Notes: generated from the letters alone by a model not told the origin. DNA of 64,000 bases from an uncultured Verrucomicrobiae bacterium (GCA_963837955.1 CAWIPH010000002.1:2784001-2848000), one strand, 5' to 3'. Positions 1 through 10,051 are shown, counted from the stretch's first letter. Made by a program: numbers and translations.

Positions 1-335
1 TCGGGAACGACGAGCGGCACGTCCGATTCCATACGAAAAGCGGAGGAATTATCGATTACGACCGCACCGGCTTTCGCTGCTATCGGAGCAAAGGTGCGAG
101 CAGTGCTGCTTCCAGCACTGAAAAGGACGAAGTCGAGCCCGGCGAGATTATCCTCTGTCAGAGTCTCTACCGGAATCTTTTCACCCCGGAAGCTCAGAGT
201 TCTACCAGTGGATCGCGGCGAGGCGAACAGCTTCAGGCTGCTTACCGGAAAGTCCCTTTGCTCGAGCAACCGGATCAATTCCGTTCCGACGGCTCCGGTA
301 GCCCCGACGATTGCCAAGTGATAGGTTTTACTCAT
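1..335 (-). CDS. asd: Aspartate-semialdehyde dehydrogenase, N-terminal part (runs off window)
   Basis: Manual translation from ATG 335: MSKTYHLAIVGATGAVGTELIRLLEQRDFP...FSAG...VVIDNSSAFRMESDVPLVVP; not in ORF track. Confidence 0.95.
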   Translation of the reverse strand, partial: MSKTYHLAIVGATGAVGTELIRLLEQRDFPVSSLKLFASPRSTGRTLSFRGEKIPVETLTEDNLAGLDFVLFSAGSSTARTFAPIAAKAGAVVIDNSSAFRMESDVPLVVP

Positions 336-361
336 CAGCGCCCCGACACTTTAGAAAGAAA

Positions 362-817
362 ATGAGCAGCCACAAGATCAGGATCGATATAAAAGAGCAA
401 ACTTTGCAACTCCTCCACCGCCAGGAGGTGATCCATCAATTCCCCATTTCAACGTCCCGCTTCGGATCGGGCCAGGCCTCCGGAAGTTTTCAGACGCCGC
501 TCGGCCGTTTTCGGATTCATGAAAAGATCGGCGGCGACCAACCAGCGAACACCGTGTTTCGCGGACGCGTACCCGTCACCAACCCATCTGATTGGGAAAA
601 AGAAAGCGACCTCATTACCTCTCGTATCCTCTGGTTAGACGGTATCGAGCCTCACAACCAGAACACGCGTGAGCGGTTTATCTACATCCATGGTACGAAC
701 GAAGAACATCTTATTGGTCAGCCCGCCAGTCATGGCTGCGTTCGCATGCGAAATGAGGATATTGTCCATTTATTTGATCTAGTTGAACCTGGAACGGAAG
801 TGGAAATTCTTGGGTAA
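362..817 (+). CDS. L,D-transpeptidase (YkuD-like)
   Basis: IYIHGT...ASHGCVRM catalytic motif, TPLGRF; ATG 362 preferred over 311. Confidence 0.9.
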   Translation: MSSHKIRIDIKEQTLQLLHRQEVIHQFPISTSRFGSGQASGSFQTPLGRFRIHEKIGGDQPANTVFRGRVPVTNPSDWEKESDLITSRILWLDGIEPHNQNTRERFIYIHGTNEEHLIGQPASHGCVRMRNEDIVHLFDLVEPGTEVEILG

Positions 818-970
818 AAGCTACAGCGCTAACGTTTAACCATTCTCGGAGAGGAGGTTAGCGCGATTGCGGGCGGCATTCGCACAAAATTCTGAAAATA
901 CATTTGTCTCCTTGGGAGGTTCAGCATAATACCAAGGTGCTGCTAGCCAAGAAAGGAGGCGAGACTGAAA

Positions 971-1096
971 ATGAAGATCGTGAAATACATCACCATAGCG
1001 GCCGTCGCTGTTGCTGCTCTCGGCATGTCGGCGTGCCATAAGGAAACGACCACCGCACCCCCGCCGGCACACACTACGACCGGTTACTCCAAATAA
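971..1096 (+). CDS. Small 41-aa lipoprotein
   Basis: MKIVKYITIAAVAVAALGMSACHKETTTAPPPAHTTTGYSK; AGGAGG upstream, signal peptide with MSA-C lipobox, downstream terminator. Confidence 0.75.
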   Translation: MKIVKYITIAAVAVAALGMSACHKETTTAPPPAHTTTGYSK

Positions 1097-1120
1097 GGTC
1101 TCGACCTTAGGAGTGTCTAT

Positions 1121-1158
1121 ACCCGCCTCAGCTGTTCCTGGGGCGGGTTTTTCCTTTT
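1121..1158 (+). terminator. Intrinsic terminator
   Basis: ACCCGCCTCAG-ctgttc-CTGGGGCGGGT stem followed by TTTTCCTTTT. Confidence 0.7.
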
Positions 1159-1736
1159 CTTCCACTCACGAAAGGTGAGTCGCCCACATAATAGCGCCAT
1201 TCCAGTTCAGCCGATTTGGTGATACCAATCCGCTGATCCGCAATGATCGCCGGCGGTTCTCTCCAAAGTAGTAGACTTACTTCAGGGATGGATAAAAAAT
1301 CCGCTCCGTTCCACTGCGCGGTAATTCCCATTGCCTGAGTCAACTTACCTGGCCCAGAACAGAGATCGGTTAACTTTTGGACTCCACGTCGTTGCCGCAT
1401 CGTTTCGATACCGGTCCGCGGCTCCAAAGCGCGGATCAAAACAAAGCCGCGAAAAGAAACTCCTTTCACCAAGAAATTCAGGAGCCAGTGCACTCCGTAA
1501 TTGAGATAGATGTAAACCGACCCTGGCGGGAGCTCCTCAATGAACGTTCTCACGCTCCGCCGCAAAAACGTATGACAAGCCTCGTCTCCATATTCTGCAT
1601 ACGCTTCTGTTTCGACGATCACTCCCGAGCTGCCCCCCCAGAACAACTCGCATCCGAGCAAATCGCGAGCGCACGTTAATGGGTCACGCTCGAAGAAGGT
1701 CCGGGCTGGAACGCCGCTTTTCGCGGGGATTTTCAC
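1128..1736 (-). CDS. DNA-3-methyladenine glycosylase (AAG/MPG family)
   Basis: IVETEAY, YIYLNYGVHW, VLIRALEP, LCSGPGKL, RIGI motifs; GTG 1736 overlaps upstream TGA. Confidence 0.92.
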   Translation of the reverse strand: MKIPAKSGVPARTFFERDPLTCARDLLGCELFWGGSSGVIVETEAYAEYGDEACHTFLRRSVRTFIEELPPGSVYIYLNYGVHWLLNFLVKGVSFRGFVLIRALEPRTGIETMRQRRGVQKLTDLCSGPGKLTQAMGITAQWNGADFLSIPEVSLLLWREPPAIIADQRIGITKSAELEWRYYVGDSPFVSGRKGKTRPRNS

Positions 1737-2500
1737 AGCTGCGACGGATGATCCAAAAATATCCACGGTAGGTCGAAGCGCACGCTAAGTCGTTCGGCCA
1801 AGGCTTGTACCCCGAAGGTTTCGGTAGCGTAATGACCACCATACAAGAGGTTTATTCCAAGCTCCTCCGCCAAAACGAAGGTATGATGAGGCCCCTCGCC
1901 GGTCAGGAACGTGTCCACTCCCTCGGCAGCGACCTCGGCGATGTAAGCTCCGGCTCCGCCGGTTATTATCCCGATGCGGTGGGTGCGATACGGTCCAGCC
2001 GGACAACACCAGATCTTGCGCCCAAGAAGACGCTCAACTCGCAGAATCAATTCACTTAATTCCATGGATACTGTCGAAACGCACCCTTGCGCTCTGCCTT
2101 TGACAAACCAGAACGGCGAAACTGGCAGGAGGTTGAGTGCCGCGGCGAACAGAACGTTGTTGCCTATCTCAGCGTGAAAATCGAGGGGAAGATGGACGCT
2201 GTAGATCGCTAGGTGAGCTTCCATTGCTTTGGCTAACCGCCGATAAACCGCTCCAGTGACCGGGGCTCCTCCGCCCCAATAAAGCCCATGATGAACAACT
2301 AAGAGATCGACTTTCTGGCCAATCGCCAGCTCGATCGTCCGAGTACTCGCATCAACCGCCGCTCCAATCTTCGAGACGATGCCTCGATTCTCCAGCTGAA
2401 GTCCGTTGACAGCTCCCGGATAATCTTCAATCTGCGCCACCTCCAACAATTCGTTTGCGAAAGAAACCATTGTTTGGAGACCCACTCCCTCTTTGTTCAT
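1733..2500 (-). CDS. Nif3/YbgI-family dinuclear metal-centre protein
   Basis: NGLQ, VHHG, HLPLD, TGE, GHYATE motifs. Confidence 0.93.
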   Translation of the reverse strand: MNKEGVGLQTMVSFANELLEVAQIEDYPGAVNGLQLENRGIVSKIGAAVDASTRTIELAIGQKVDLLVVHHGLYWGGGAPVTGAVYRRLAKAMEAHLAIYSVHLPLDFHAEIGNNVLFAAALNLLPVSPFWFVKGRAQGCVSTVSMELSELILRVERLLGRKIWCCPAGPYRTHRIGIITGGAGAYIAEVAAEGVDTFLTGEGPHHTFVLAEELGINLLYGGHYATETFGVQALAERLSVRFDLPWIFLDHPSQL

Positions 2501-2530
2501 CAGTTTCGCCTCCGTTTAGCCCATCTGATT

Positions 2531-3019
2531 TCACTCTAGTTCTGCCCGAGGTACAATCTGGCCGGCATAGGCAATCGAAAGCCTCTTTACTCCCTTAATC
2601 CGCTTAGCGATCGATCGGATCTGCGCTAACATTCTCACCAAGACTAGTTCATTCTTGTAGCCGTCGGCGTAAGAGTATTCTGGCTTTACCGCCATATGAA
2701 GCAACGCAAGCGTATCTAGCGAAGTGCGCGTGTACACAATCACGCCCGCCAGGTCCTCGAGTTTTCCTCTGCTGACAAAGGCATAGAGCGTTTGCACTTC
2801 TTTGCCTTCAATCCCGATGCGGAGATAGTCGCGCTCTTGAATGATCTTGGGAAACCCGTAGCTGAGAATTGAGGCGTTGATGCTCGACTCGTGCTCCCCT
2901 TGCTGCGGATGAAAAAACATCAATGCTTCTAGTTCTTCCCGCCGATCGGCGGGAAGTGTGGAGGAGAACTTCAAGGGGAGCACAAACCCTTTGCATAGGC
3001 GAGGCCGTTCCTTTGTCAA
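2531..3019 (-). CDS. Hypothetical protein, possible GNAT-like fold
   Basis: 162-aa ORF; LAGVIVY...LLHMAVKPEY resembles GNAT beta3/beta4. Confidence 0.6.
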   Translation of the reverse strand: MTKERPRLCKGFVLPLKFSSTLPADRREELEALMFFHPQQGEHESSINASILSYGFPKIIQERDYLRIGIEGKEVQTLYAFVSRGKLEDLAGVIVYTRTSLDTLALLHMAVKPEYSYADGYKNELVLVRMLAQIRSIAKRIKGVKRLSIAYAGQIVPRAELE

Positions 3020-3112
3020 CCCATAGCGTCTAAATGAGATCTACTCTCGAGCTTGGAAATGGCCTCTCGACTTCGGCTTAGTTGAAGTTATCATATACAG
3101 ACTCCCCCCAGT

Positions 3113-3451
3113 ATGTCCCAGCCTGCCGCCCAAAAGCGAAAGAGAAGGCTAATTCAACTGCGTGAAGCTCAACGTCGACGACGCAACCGCCTGAAAGAGG
3201 AGAAAAAGACGTTTCTCCAAATTATTTTGACGGAAGAGATGCAACAGGCTCTTCGGCGTTTCAGCGCAGATCGCGAGAGGCCAATGCACGTCTGTGCAGC
3301 CAGCCTTATCGAAGAAGGGTTGGCCAAACACGTGCTCCCTCGGTCCCCGCCCCCTTCCGAGACCGTCGAATCGACACTCTTCTCTGAAGGCGCGATAAGC
3401 GAACCGCCCAAGAGCTCCAACATTACTGAGACCGAATCGTTTCATCGGTAG
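3113..3451 (+). CDS. Hypothetical, possible ribbon-helix-helix DNA-binding protein
   Basis: Basic N-terminal helix, then FLQIILTEEMQQALRRFS...CAASLIEEGL (strand-helix-helix pattern). Confidence 0.55.
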   Translation: MSQPAAQKRKRRLIQLREAQRRRRNRLKEEKKTFLQIILTEEMQQALRRFSADRERPMHVCAASLIEEGLAKHVLPRSPPPSETVESTLFSEGAISEPPKSSNITETESFHR

Positions 3452-3458
3452 CCGGGAA

Positions 3459-3667
3459 GGTGGGGGCGACTGTCCCCGCTATTTCTCTGGTTCTGGAGCG
3501 ACCCGAAGGCTCGCGCGGAGACCCCGGTATGGCGCGACCATGAATCTTAGTCGCCGCTGCCGTCTACAAATGGCGACTGCGTATTGTGATTTTGGCGCAA
3601 TGAGTTGCTCCGTGCGTGCGCGCCTGAAATATCGGACACCGGACGTAGCGGGACAGTCGCCGCTACC
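3459..3667. repeat. REPIN/MITE-like element with terminal inverted repeats
   Basis: GGTGGGGGCGACTGTCCCCGCTA ... TAGCGGGACAGTCGCCGCTACC. Confidence 0.65.
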
Positions 3668-3805
3668 CTCTCCTCAACCGCTCTTGGTATCTTTGTGGCG
3701 AATCCATATCGCGGTTTGACGACCTGAGAAGACCTGCTCTAGGTTAACTCGCGGGTCATGGATGGCAGAGCCGGGCTCGCAGAAACTTCATATTCTGAGA
3801 ATTCT

Positions 3806-4417
3806 ATGGCTTACGAACTACCTCCTCTATCCTATCCTTTCAACGCGCTCGAGCCGCACATCGATGCTAAAACGATGGAAATCCATCACGACAAGCATCA
3901 TCAAGCCTACATCACCAACGCGAATAAAGCGTTGGAAGGTCATCCGGACCTCGCCGCCAAACCGGTGGACGAATTGCTCGCAGATCTGAGCAAGATTCCG
4001 GAATCAATCCGGACTGTGCTTCGAAACAACGCTGGCGGTCATTCCAATCACAGTTTTTTTTGGAAAATAATCGGCCCAAACGCCGGGGGTACTCCGAAAG
4101 GTAAGTTAGCCGAGGCCATTAGCTCTACATTCGGTGGCTTTGATCAATTCAAAGAGGAACTGCAAAAGGCAGCCATAGGTCGTTTCGGCAGTGGCTGGGC
4201 GTGGCTGGTAGTGAATAAAGAGGGTAAACTACAGATCATGTCTACGGCCAACCAGGACACCCCCATCTCGGAAGGCTTAAAGCCTGTAGTCGGGGTAGAC
4301 GTCTGGGAACACTCCTACTATCTCCTCTATCAAAACCGGCGACCCGACTATCTCAAAGCCTGGTGGAACGTCGTCAATTGGAATCAGGCCGAGAAGAATT
4401 TCGAAGCCGCCCTCTAG
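3806..4417 (+). CDS. sodA: Superoxide dismutase (Mn-type signature)
   Basis: [36 protein letters not shown]. Confidence 0.95.
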   Translation: MAYELPPLSYPFNALEPHIDAKTMEIHHDKHHQAYITNANKALEGHPDLAAKPVDELLADLSKIPESIRTVLRNNAGGHSNHSFFWKIIGPNAGGTPKGKLAEAISSTFGGFDQFKEELQKAAIGRFGSGWAWLVVNKEGKLQIMSTANQDTPISEGLKPVVGVDVWEHSYYLLYQNRRPDYLKAWWNVVNWNQAEKNFEAAL

Positions 4418-4455
4418 TCAGAGAGGGCCTGGGGTTCGTCCTCATCCCGAATGAA

Positions 4456-4494
4456 ATAACCAATAGCCGATAATCACTATTTGCTATTGGTTAT
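4456..4494. repeat. Heptamer-built hairpin
   Basis: ATAACCAATAGC / GCTATTGGTTAT perfect 12-bp inverted repeat. Confidence 0.7.
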
Positions 4495-4536
4495 CGCCAT
4501 CCGAAGGCAACAAGGATGGCGTGGGTGCCCAGCGTT

Positions 4537-5775
4537 ATGGCATTCCTTAATGATCATTATCTGAAACTTAGGGCGGGCTATCTCTTCCCGGAGATCGCCC
4601 GGCGAGTAAACACTTTTGTAGCAGCGGATCCGACTGCCGCAAAAGCCCTAATTCGTTGCGGGATTGGTGACGTCACTGAGCCTCTCCCGGAGGCGGTCCG
4701 CCAAGCAATGCACAAGGCCGTCGATGAGCTGGGCCAGCGAGAGACCTTTCGCGGATACGGTCCAGAACAGGGCTACGAATTCCTCCGGCACGCTATTGCG
4801 GAGAACGACTATCGCCAGCGCGGTCTCGAGGTTGCAGATGACGAAATCTTTGTCTCAGATGGGTCAAAATGCGATTGCGGGAATATTCTCGACATTTTCG
4901 GGCATCAAAACCGGATTGCCGTTATGGATCCGGTCTATCCCGTTTACGTGGACACAAATGTAATGGCCGGCCATACCGGCGAGGCAGATGCCACCGGTAC
5001 CTATTCCGGATTGGTATATCTCGCCTGCAATATGGCGAATCATTTTGTACCTAGTATTCCCGATGAGCGTGTCGATCTGATTTATCTTTGTTATCCAAAT
5101 AATCCAACCGGGACGGTCGCTACCCGAGATCAATTGAGCGCCTGGATCAATTATGCACTGGCAGCCGACGCCATTATCTTATTTGACGCTGCATACGAGG
5201 CTTACATCCAAGATTCAGATATCCCGCATTCCATTTATGAAATTCCACGGGCGAACGAATGCGCGATCGAATTTCGAAGTTTTTCCAAGAATGGTGGCTT
5301 CACCGGAGTCAGATGCGGATTTACCGTGTTGCCAAAACAACTGCTGGCTCAGACAAGCACGGGAGAAAAACGACCTATTTTTCCGCTCTGGCACAGACGT
5401 TTCAGCACGAAATTCAATAGCGTAAGTTATCCAGTCCAACGCGGCGCGGAAGCGATCTACACCGCAGACGGCAAGAAACAGGTTCGAAGGCTAATTGAAC
5501 ATTACTTGGGCAACGCCGAAATTCTCTCGACCGCTCTGGCCAAGACCGGCCTCAAAGTCTTTGGCGGCAAAAACGCTCCCTACATTTGGGTCAAGGCACC
5601 CGATGGTTATCGGAGTTGGGATGTTTTTGATAAGATACTCAAGGAAATTCAGGTTGTGATAACCCCGGGATCTGGTTTTGGCGCTCAAGGAGAAGGTTAT
5701 TTCCGGGTCTCGGCATTCAATTCGCGAGAGAACGCTGAGGAAGTGGCACACCGTTTCCAAACACTGGAGTGGTAA
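4537..5775 (+). CDS. dapL: LL-diaminopimelate aminotransferase
   Basis: [53 protein letters not shown]. Confidence 0.96.
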   Translation: MAFLNDHYLKLRAGYLFPEIARRVNTFVAADPTAAKALIRCGIGDVTEPLPEAVRQAMHKAVDELGQRETFRGYGPEQGYEFLRHAIAENDYRQRGLEVADDEIFVSDGSKCDCGNILDIFGHQNRIAVMDPVYPVYVDTNVMAGHTGEADATGTYSGLVYLACNMANHFVPSIPDERVDLIYLCYPNNPTGTVATRDQLSAWINYALAADAIILFDAAYEAYIQDSDIPHSIYEIPRANECAIEFRSFSKNGGFTGVRCGFTVLPKQLLAQTSTGEKRPIFPLWHRRFSTKFNSVSYPVQRGAEAIYTADGKKQVRRLIEHYLGNAEILSTALAKTGLKVFGGKNAPYIWVKAPDGYRSWDVFDKILKEIQVVITPGSGFGAQGEGYFRVSAFNSRENAEEVAHRFQTLEW

Positions 5776-5784
5776 ACGCTCTTG

Positions 5785-6222
5785 TCTCACACGAAGACAC
5801 AAGGACACAGCGTTTTAGTTGGCGACGCGTTTGATTCCGTCCTTCATCAAGGCAGAACCAAAATTCGTAAGTAGGCCCAGGCGAAAATTGAGCAAACGGA
5901 GATATGTCAAAACCTGTTTCCCTTGGACCGGTGCAAGTTTTTCGACAGACTTGAGCTCGATTAGGAACCGGCATCAAAAATCAGATCGGCCCTGAAACCT
6001 TCGTCCGAAGTGTACCTCTTCAAATACGATCGGAACCGGAACCTGTCGATTGACCTCGTGTCCCCTAAGCTTGAGCTCTCTCGCCAACAAGACTTCATAA
6101 AACGCTCTCCAACAGACCCGGACCAAGTTTGGTGTGGATCTTCAGTGCGCCATCAATCGCATGACGCGCAATCTCTTCCAGCCCTCTATCCATACTTTGT
6201 GTCTTTGTCTCTTTGTGTGAGA
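5785..6222. mobile_element. Putative repeat-bounded GxxExxY element (inverted tandem octamers)
   Basis: TCTCACACGAAGACACAAGGACACAG (5785-5810) and CTTTGTGTCTTTGTCTCTTTGTGTGAGA (6195-6222) face each other around a GxxExxY gene. Confidence 0.6.
5815..6193 (-). pseudogene. GxxExxY protein (PD-(D/E)XK nuclease family), three frameshifts
   Basis: Joined frames: MDRGLEEIARHAIDGALKIHTKLGPGLLESV/YEVLLARELKLRGHEVNRQVPVPIVFEEVHF/DEGFRADLIFD/GRFLIELKSVEKLAPVQGKQVLTYLRLLNFRLGLLTNFGSALMKDGIKRVAN*. Confidence 0.9.
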
Positions 6223-6289
6223 TTTTGTAAAAACATTGCAGCGTTGCGGCCTGAGCGCCACCCACTCAGGCCACCGCTGCTTACCTCTT

Positions 6290-6832
6290 CTATTCTAGAC
6301 CCATTTCGCGAAACGCATATTTGGGGATGGCACACACTGTTCCATTCTGAATCGAATCTAGTTTTGTTACCTTGGCGATCCATTCACCCTGAGAATCTCG
6401 GTAACAAAACATGACGGCATGCAAGTTCTGGGTCGGATCTGTGGGATTCAATACCTGGAATTCCACAGGCCAAAACTTGGCCTTGCGATTATCGTCACCG
6501 AACTCGGTGACCCCGGGTTGACCAACCGAAACGCTGGTTATTGTGAGATTCGCTAATTGTTTCTCGCATCTAGCGAAAAGCGCTTCTTCGATCTCGGCGG
6601 GAGTTCGATGCTTTTGGTTCGTCGAAACGTTGGTTATGAAGCTCTGACTTTCGCGATAAGCCTCGGTCTCTGCTTCGCGTGCGACCAGCACGGAAGTCAT
6701 TCGGTTAATTCTGGCTTTAATCAGTTCTGTTACCTCCGTAACCGATGGCGCGGTTTCGGAGCGACCAAAAAAGAGCGTTAACGACAACGCTACAATGGGC
6801 AGCACCCAGAATATGAAGCGATTTGCTTTCAT
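6290..6832 (-). CDS. Hypothetical exported/membrane-anchored protein
   Basis: N-terminal hydrophobic segment, 180-aa ORF. Confidence 0.6.
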   Translation of the reverse strand: MKANRFIFWVLPIVALSLTLFFGRSETAPSVTEVTELIKARINRMTSVLVAREAETEAYRESQSFITNVSTNQKHRTPAEIEEALFARCEKQLANLTITSVSVGQPGVTEFGDDNRKAKFWPVEFQVLNPTDPTQNLHAVMFCYRDSQGEWIAKVTKLDSIQNGTVCAIPKYAFREMGLE

Positions 6833-7346
6833 AAATAACATTTTATAATATAGTTATCATTTGTCAAGCATATTTCGTTACGTTTTTCTTTCCTGTTTCT
6901 CTCTCTCGCGCCGATCGTCGTTTCGTTCGTCTTCGTTAGCGAAAATGCTAGACGTTTGGCCCACCCTCTGATCGAGAAGCCAGAGCCTATCCGGCCCGAT
7001 CGAACGCACATTACGTTGCCTATTTCAGCAGCAACGTCGGATCCTCGCGCACCGCGCATGGCCGGGGTCCGAGGTCGTCCGAAGCTATGTCGGGAACGGC
7101 CGTGATCCCGTGCCGACTAGCGTCTCAGTTTGACGAGCTCAAAAGCCTTGTGAAAGGACGAAGCCTCCCGGGAACGGAAAATTCTCAACGCCCATCCGCC
7201 TCTCTGGCCTACGGCCTGGGGACTTAGACACTCCCCCCCTCCCCCACCCCTCGAGGAAAATTGCTCACGCTCCCAGAATGATGGCTGCGCCCTACCCCAT
7301 TCGGAAATAGCTCTATCACTACCGGGCTATTCTCTGAACCGGCGCC

Positions 7347-8285
7347 TCATCCGGAAACGCGATTCAATTGCGTTCGATGGCTCTCGCAGAATCGCACAAA
7401 ACTATCTCCCGGTTCACCCAAGGCGCCCCCGGGAAGCACCCAATAAAATCCTCGTTGAATGGCCAGGCCTGAGACAGGAATGATTCTGAGATGTCCGATC
7501 GCCAGCTCTTCCCGAACTGCCCACCGAGAGATAAAGGAAAATCCCATCCCGAGCCTAACAGCCGTTTTCGCCGCTGTGATATCTGCGATCACGTAGCGAT
7601 GATCGAGTCGCTTAGGCGATAATCCCGCTTTTCTTAAAGCAGATTCCACCACTGCCCTCGTACCGGAACCAGTTTCGCGCCAGATAATCGGCACTTTTGC
7701 CAGATCACCGACCGTTAAAATCGATTCTCCCAGCTTCGCATACGACTTCGAGACGCCACGGACGCCCGCCACTAAGACCACTTCATCGCGCACAAACTCC
7801 GACAATCGAAGTCCACCTGCTCGCGCATGACCCTCCACCAGTCCGAATGAATAAAGGTCTTCCCGTACCGCACCGAGAATAGCTGCACTGTTATCTACCC
7901 GCATTTCGATCTCGATGGCAGGATGTTGGTGAACGAATTCCGGCACAAATAGTGGCATTACGTAGGCAGCAATGGTCAAACTCGCGCCGAAAGACAATCG
8001 ACCAGTCAGCTCTTTCTTTTGACGAAAGACGTCCCCAATGCGGACCATCGTGCCCTGAATTTCCGAAGAAAGTTGCCTCAGAACTTGTCCGGATCGAGTA
8101 AGCCTGACGCCGCTGGATGATCGCACCAGTAGAGCTTGACCCACGACCTCTTCCAACCGGCGTAGATGGGCCGTTACTGCCGGCTGGGAAAGATGCAGTT
8201 CTCTGGCCGCTCCGGAGACTGTGCCCGTTTGCGCAACCGCCAAAAAAGAACGGAGAATTCGTAGATCCAGATCCTGCCAACGCAC
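7347..8285 (-). CDS. LysR-family regulator (YeiE/CysL-like)
   Basis: HTH LSQPAVTAHLRRLEE; GASLTIA, RETGSGTR; divergent from YeiH-like gene. Confidence 0.92.
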   Translation of the reverse strand: MRWQDLDLRILRSFLAVAQTGTVSGAARELHLSQPAVTAHLRRLEEVVGQALLVRSSSGVRLTRSGQVLRQLSSEIQGTMVRIGDVFRQKKELTGRLSFGASLTIAAYVMPLFVPEFVHQHPAIEIEMRVDNSAAILGAVREDLYSFGLVEGHARAGGLRLSEFVRDEVVLVAGVRGVSKSYAKLGESILTVGDLAKVPIIWRETGSGTRAVVESALRKAGLSPKRLDHRYVIADITAAKTAVRLGMGFSFISRWAVREELAIGHLRIIPVSGLAIQRGFYWVLPGGALGEPGDSFVRFCESHRTQLNRVSG

Positions 8286-8320
8286 CAGCAGCAGGATCTC
8301 ACTGGCGTTGATTCCTGTCC

Positions 8321-8335
8321 ATCAGAATGGCTGAT
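8321..8335. promoter_or_regulatory. Candidate LysR box
   Basis: ATCAG-AATGG-CTGAT palindrome with T-N11-A in the divergent intergenic region. Confidence 0.55.
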
Positions 8336-8390
8336 ACCACATCCAATAAATCGACTACTCGGAGCACCGGAATCACCTTTCTTTCCGCGC

Positions 8391-9406
8391 GTGAACTCTC
8401 AATCCATCCGATTCGGCAAAGAACTCGCTCTGGCGCTTGCGCTCGCCTGGGCGGCTCTTTGGCTAGCTGGCCTGCCATGGCTAGATCATTTTGGCGGCAT
8501 CTCGCTCGCGTTAGTCCTAGGTATGTTCTGGCGCGCTGCTGCCGGAACAAGAGTAACTGGAGGTGAGGGATACCAGTTCGCCGTCAAGACGTTGCTCAGG
8601 GTTGGCATCGTACTCCTTGGTACTCGGTTAAACCTTGGCCTTCTGGCCGAAGCCGGTCCAAAGCTGATTACTTTCGACCTCTTGATGATAGGCGGTGGAA
8701 TTCTTTTCGTCGCACTTGTCCTTCGCCGGCTGGCTTCGAAGCATCGCTAGCCATGCTGACCGCGGTAGGTACATCGATTTGCGGCGCGTCTGCCATTGCG
8801 GCCGCGGCGCCCTCTCTGCGGGCCCAACGCGAAACGTCTGCCCTGGCCATCGTCGTCTGTACGTTAGTGGGGACGGTTGCCACATTTCTACTGATTTCAC
8901 TGAACTCGTGGGTCCACTTGAACCCGCAGAGCTACGGGGTCCTGGCGGGTTCCACGCTTCATGAAGTCGCCCAAGTAGCAGCTGCCGTCAGCCCGATCCC
9001 CGACGCGTTTCAAACTGGTATGTTAACAAAGTTAACTCGGGTCCTCTTCCTGGCTCCGGTCATCGCTATCCTGCCTCGGTTTACCGCGCGCAAATCAGAT
9101 CTAGCGAAAGATAAGGCGGGTACTCATACTCCGTTGGTTCCATGGTATGTAATTGGATTTCTCGTAACCGGCACGATTATGACTGCCGCTGCTGCCTTAC
9201 CGGCTTCTGTGCATACGGTCATCGCAATCGCAAGCCAATCTTCTATACTCCCAACCAACTTCCTGATCGCTGCCGCGATGGGCGGAATTGGTCTGCAGAT
9301 TAATTTGGAACTGCTTCGGACACAGGGTCTTAAGCTCCTGGCCTTTGCCGGAGCTGCTTGGTTGGTTCTCTTTCTATTCGCGCTGGCGCTGACCTACGTC
9401 TGGTAA
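8391..9406 (+). pseudogene. YeiH/UPF0324 (putative sulfate exporter) membrane protein, frameshifted near 8732
   Basis: LLRVGIVLLG in ORF1; GTSICGASAI, HEVAQV, KLTRV in ORF2; one extra G at 8732-8733 restores LRRLGFEASLAMLTAVG. Confidence 0.85.
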
Positions 9407-9441
9407 TTTGTCGTTGCGCCGGATTCGTGATTGATTGGGAG

Positions 9442-10008
9442 ATGAGCCGTTCACTCGATTTGCCGGCTGACCTGCCACGCCCTGTCGACGACGGGGCTTG
9501 CGCTCATCTGTCGGGTTTTCACATTCCTTCCACAGAACTTCCTGCAACGGACGACAGATTGATCGACCTAACTCGCTCACCTGGACGCACTGTCCTTTTT
9601 TGCTATCCGAGAACAGGGCGGCCAAATGAGCCAGTTCCGGACGGTTGGGATGCGATTCCGGGCGCTCGAGGCTGCACTCCTCAGGCTTGCAGCTTTCGCG
9701 ATTCCTATCAGTCGCTACTCCAAGCGGGTGCCAATCATATCTTTGGTCTGAGCACACAGGATACGTCTTACCAAAAAGAGGCGGCCGAACGACTCCATCT
9801 TCCCTACCCGCTTCTTTCGGACGCAACGCTGCGCTTCGCTCGAGCTCTCCGGTTGCCCACATTCAAATTTAGGGGAATGACGCTGGTGAAACGATCAACC
9901 CTGATCATCGACAGCGGCGTCATCACAAAAGTCTTTTATCCTGTATTTCCGCCCGACCAGAGCGCGAATGAAGCCTGGCAATGGCTGAAGGCGCACCCGC
10001 TAGTTTGA
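9442..10008 (+). CDS. Peroxiredoxin (BCP/redoxin-like)
   Basis: YPRTG...PGARGCTPQAC, KVFYPVFPP. Confidence 0.88.
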   Translation: MSRSLDLPADLPRPVDDGACAHLSGFHIPSTELPATDDRLIDLTRSPGRTVLFCYPRTGRPNEPVPDGWDAIPGARGCTPQACSFRDSYQSLLQAGANHIFGLSTQDTSYQKEAAERLHLPYPLLSDATLRFARALRLPTFKFRGMTLVKRSTLIIDSGVITKVFYPVFPPDQSANEAWQWLKAHPLV

Positions 10009-10051
10009 GTGTGAGCTTCTACTCACATTGCAACCAGATCACACCGCGCTA

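Noticed and set aside
836..1165. 109-aa minus-strand ORF
   Set aside because: Shadow of the plus-strand lipoprotein gene, which has an RBS, lipobox and terminator.
5717..6414. ORF-track calls 5717-5977 (-) and 6010-6414 (+)
   Set aside because: Off-frame or antisense readings over the GxxExxY pseudogene.
7231..7250. C-rich tract (G-quadruplex or phage packaging-like signal)
   Set aside because: Only three G-runs on the minus strand and no phage genes nearby.
8748..8750. Stop-codon readthrough (pyrrolysine/amber) in the YeiH-like gene
   Set aside because: The downstream half is in a different frame; an indel explains it.
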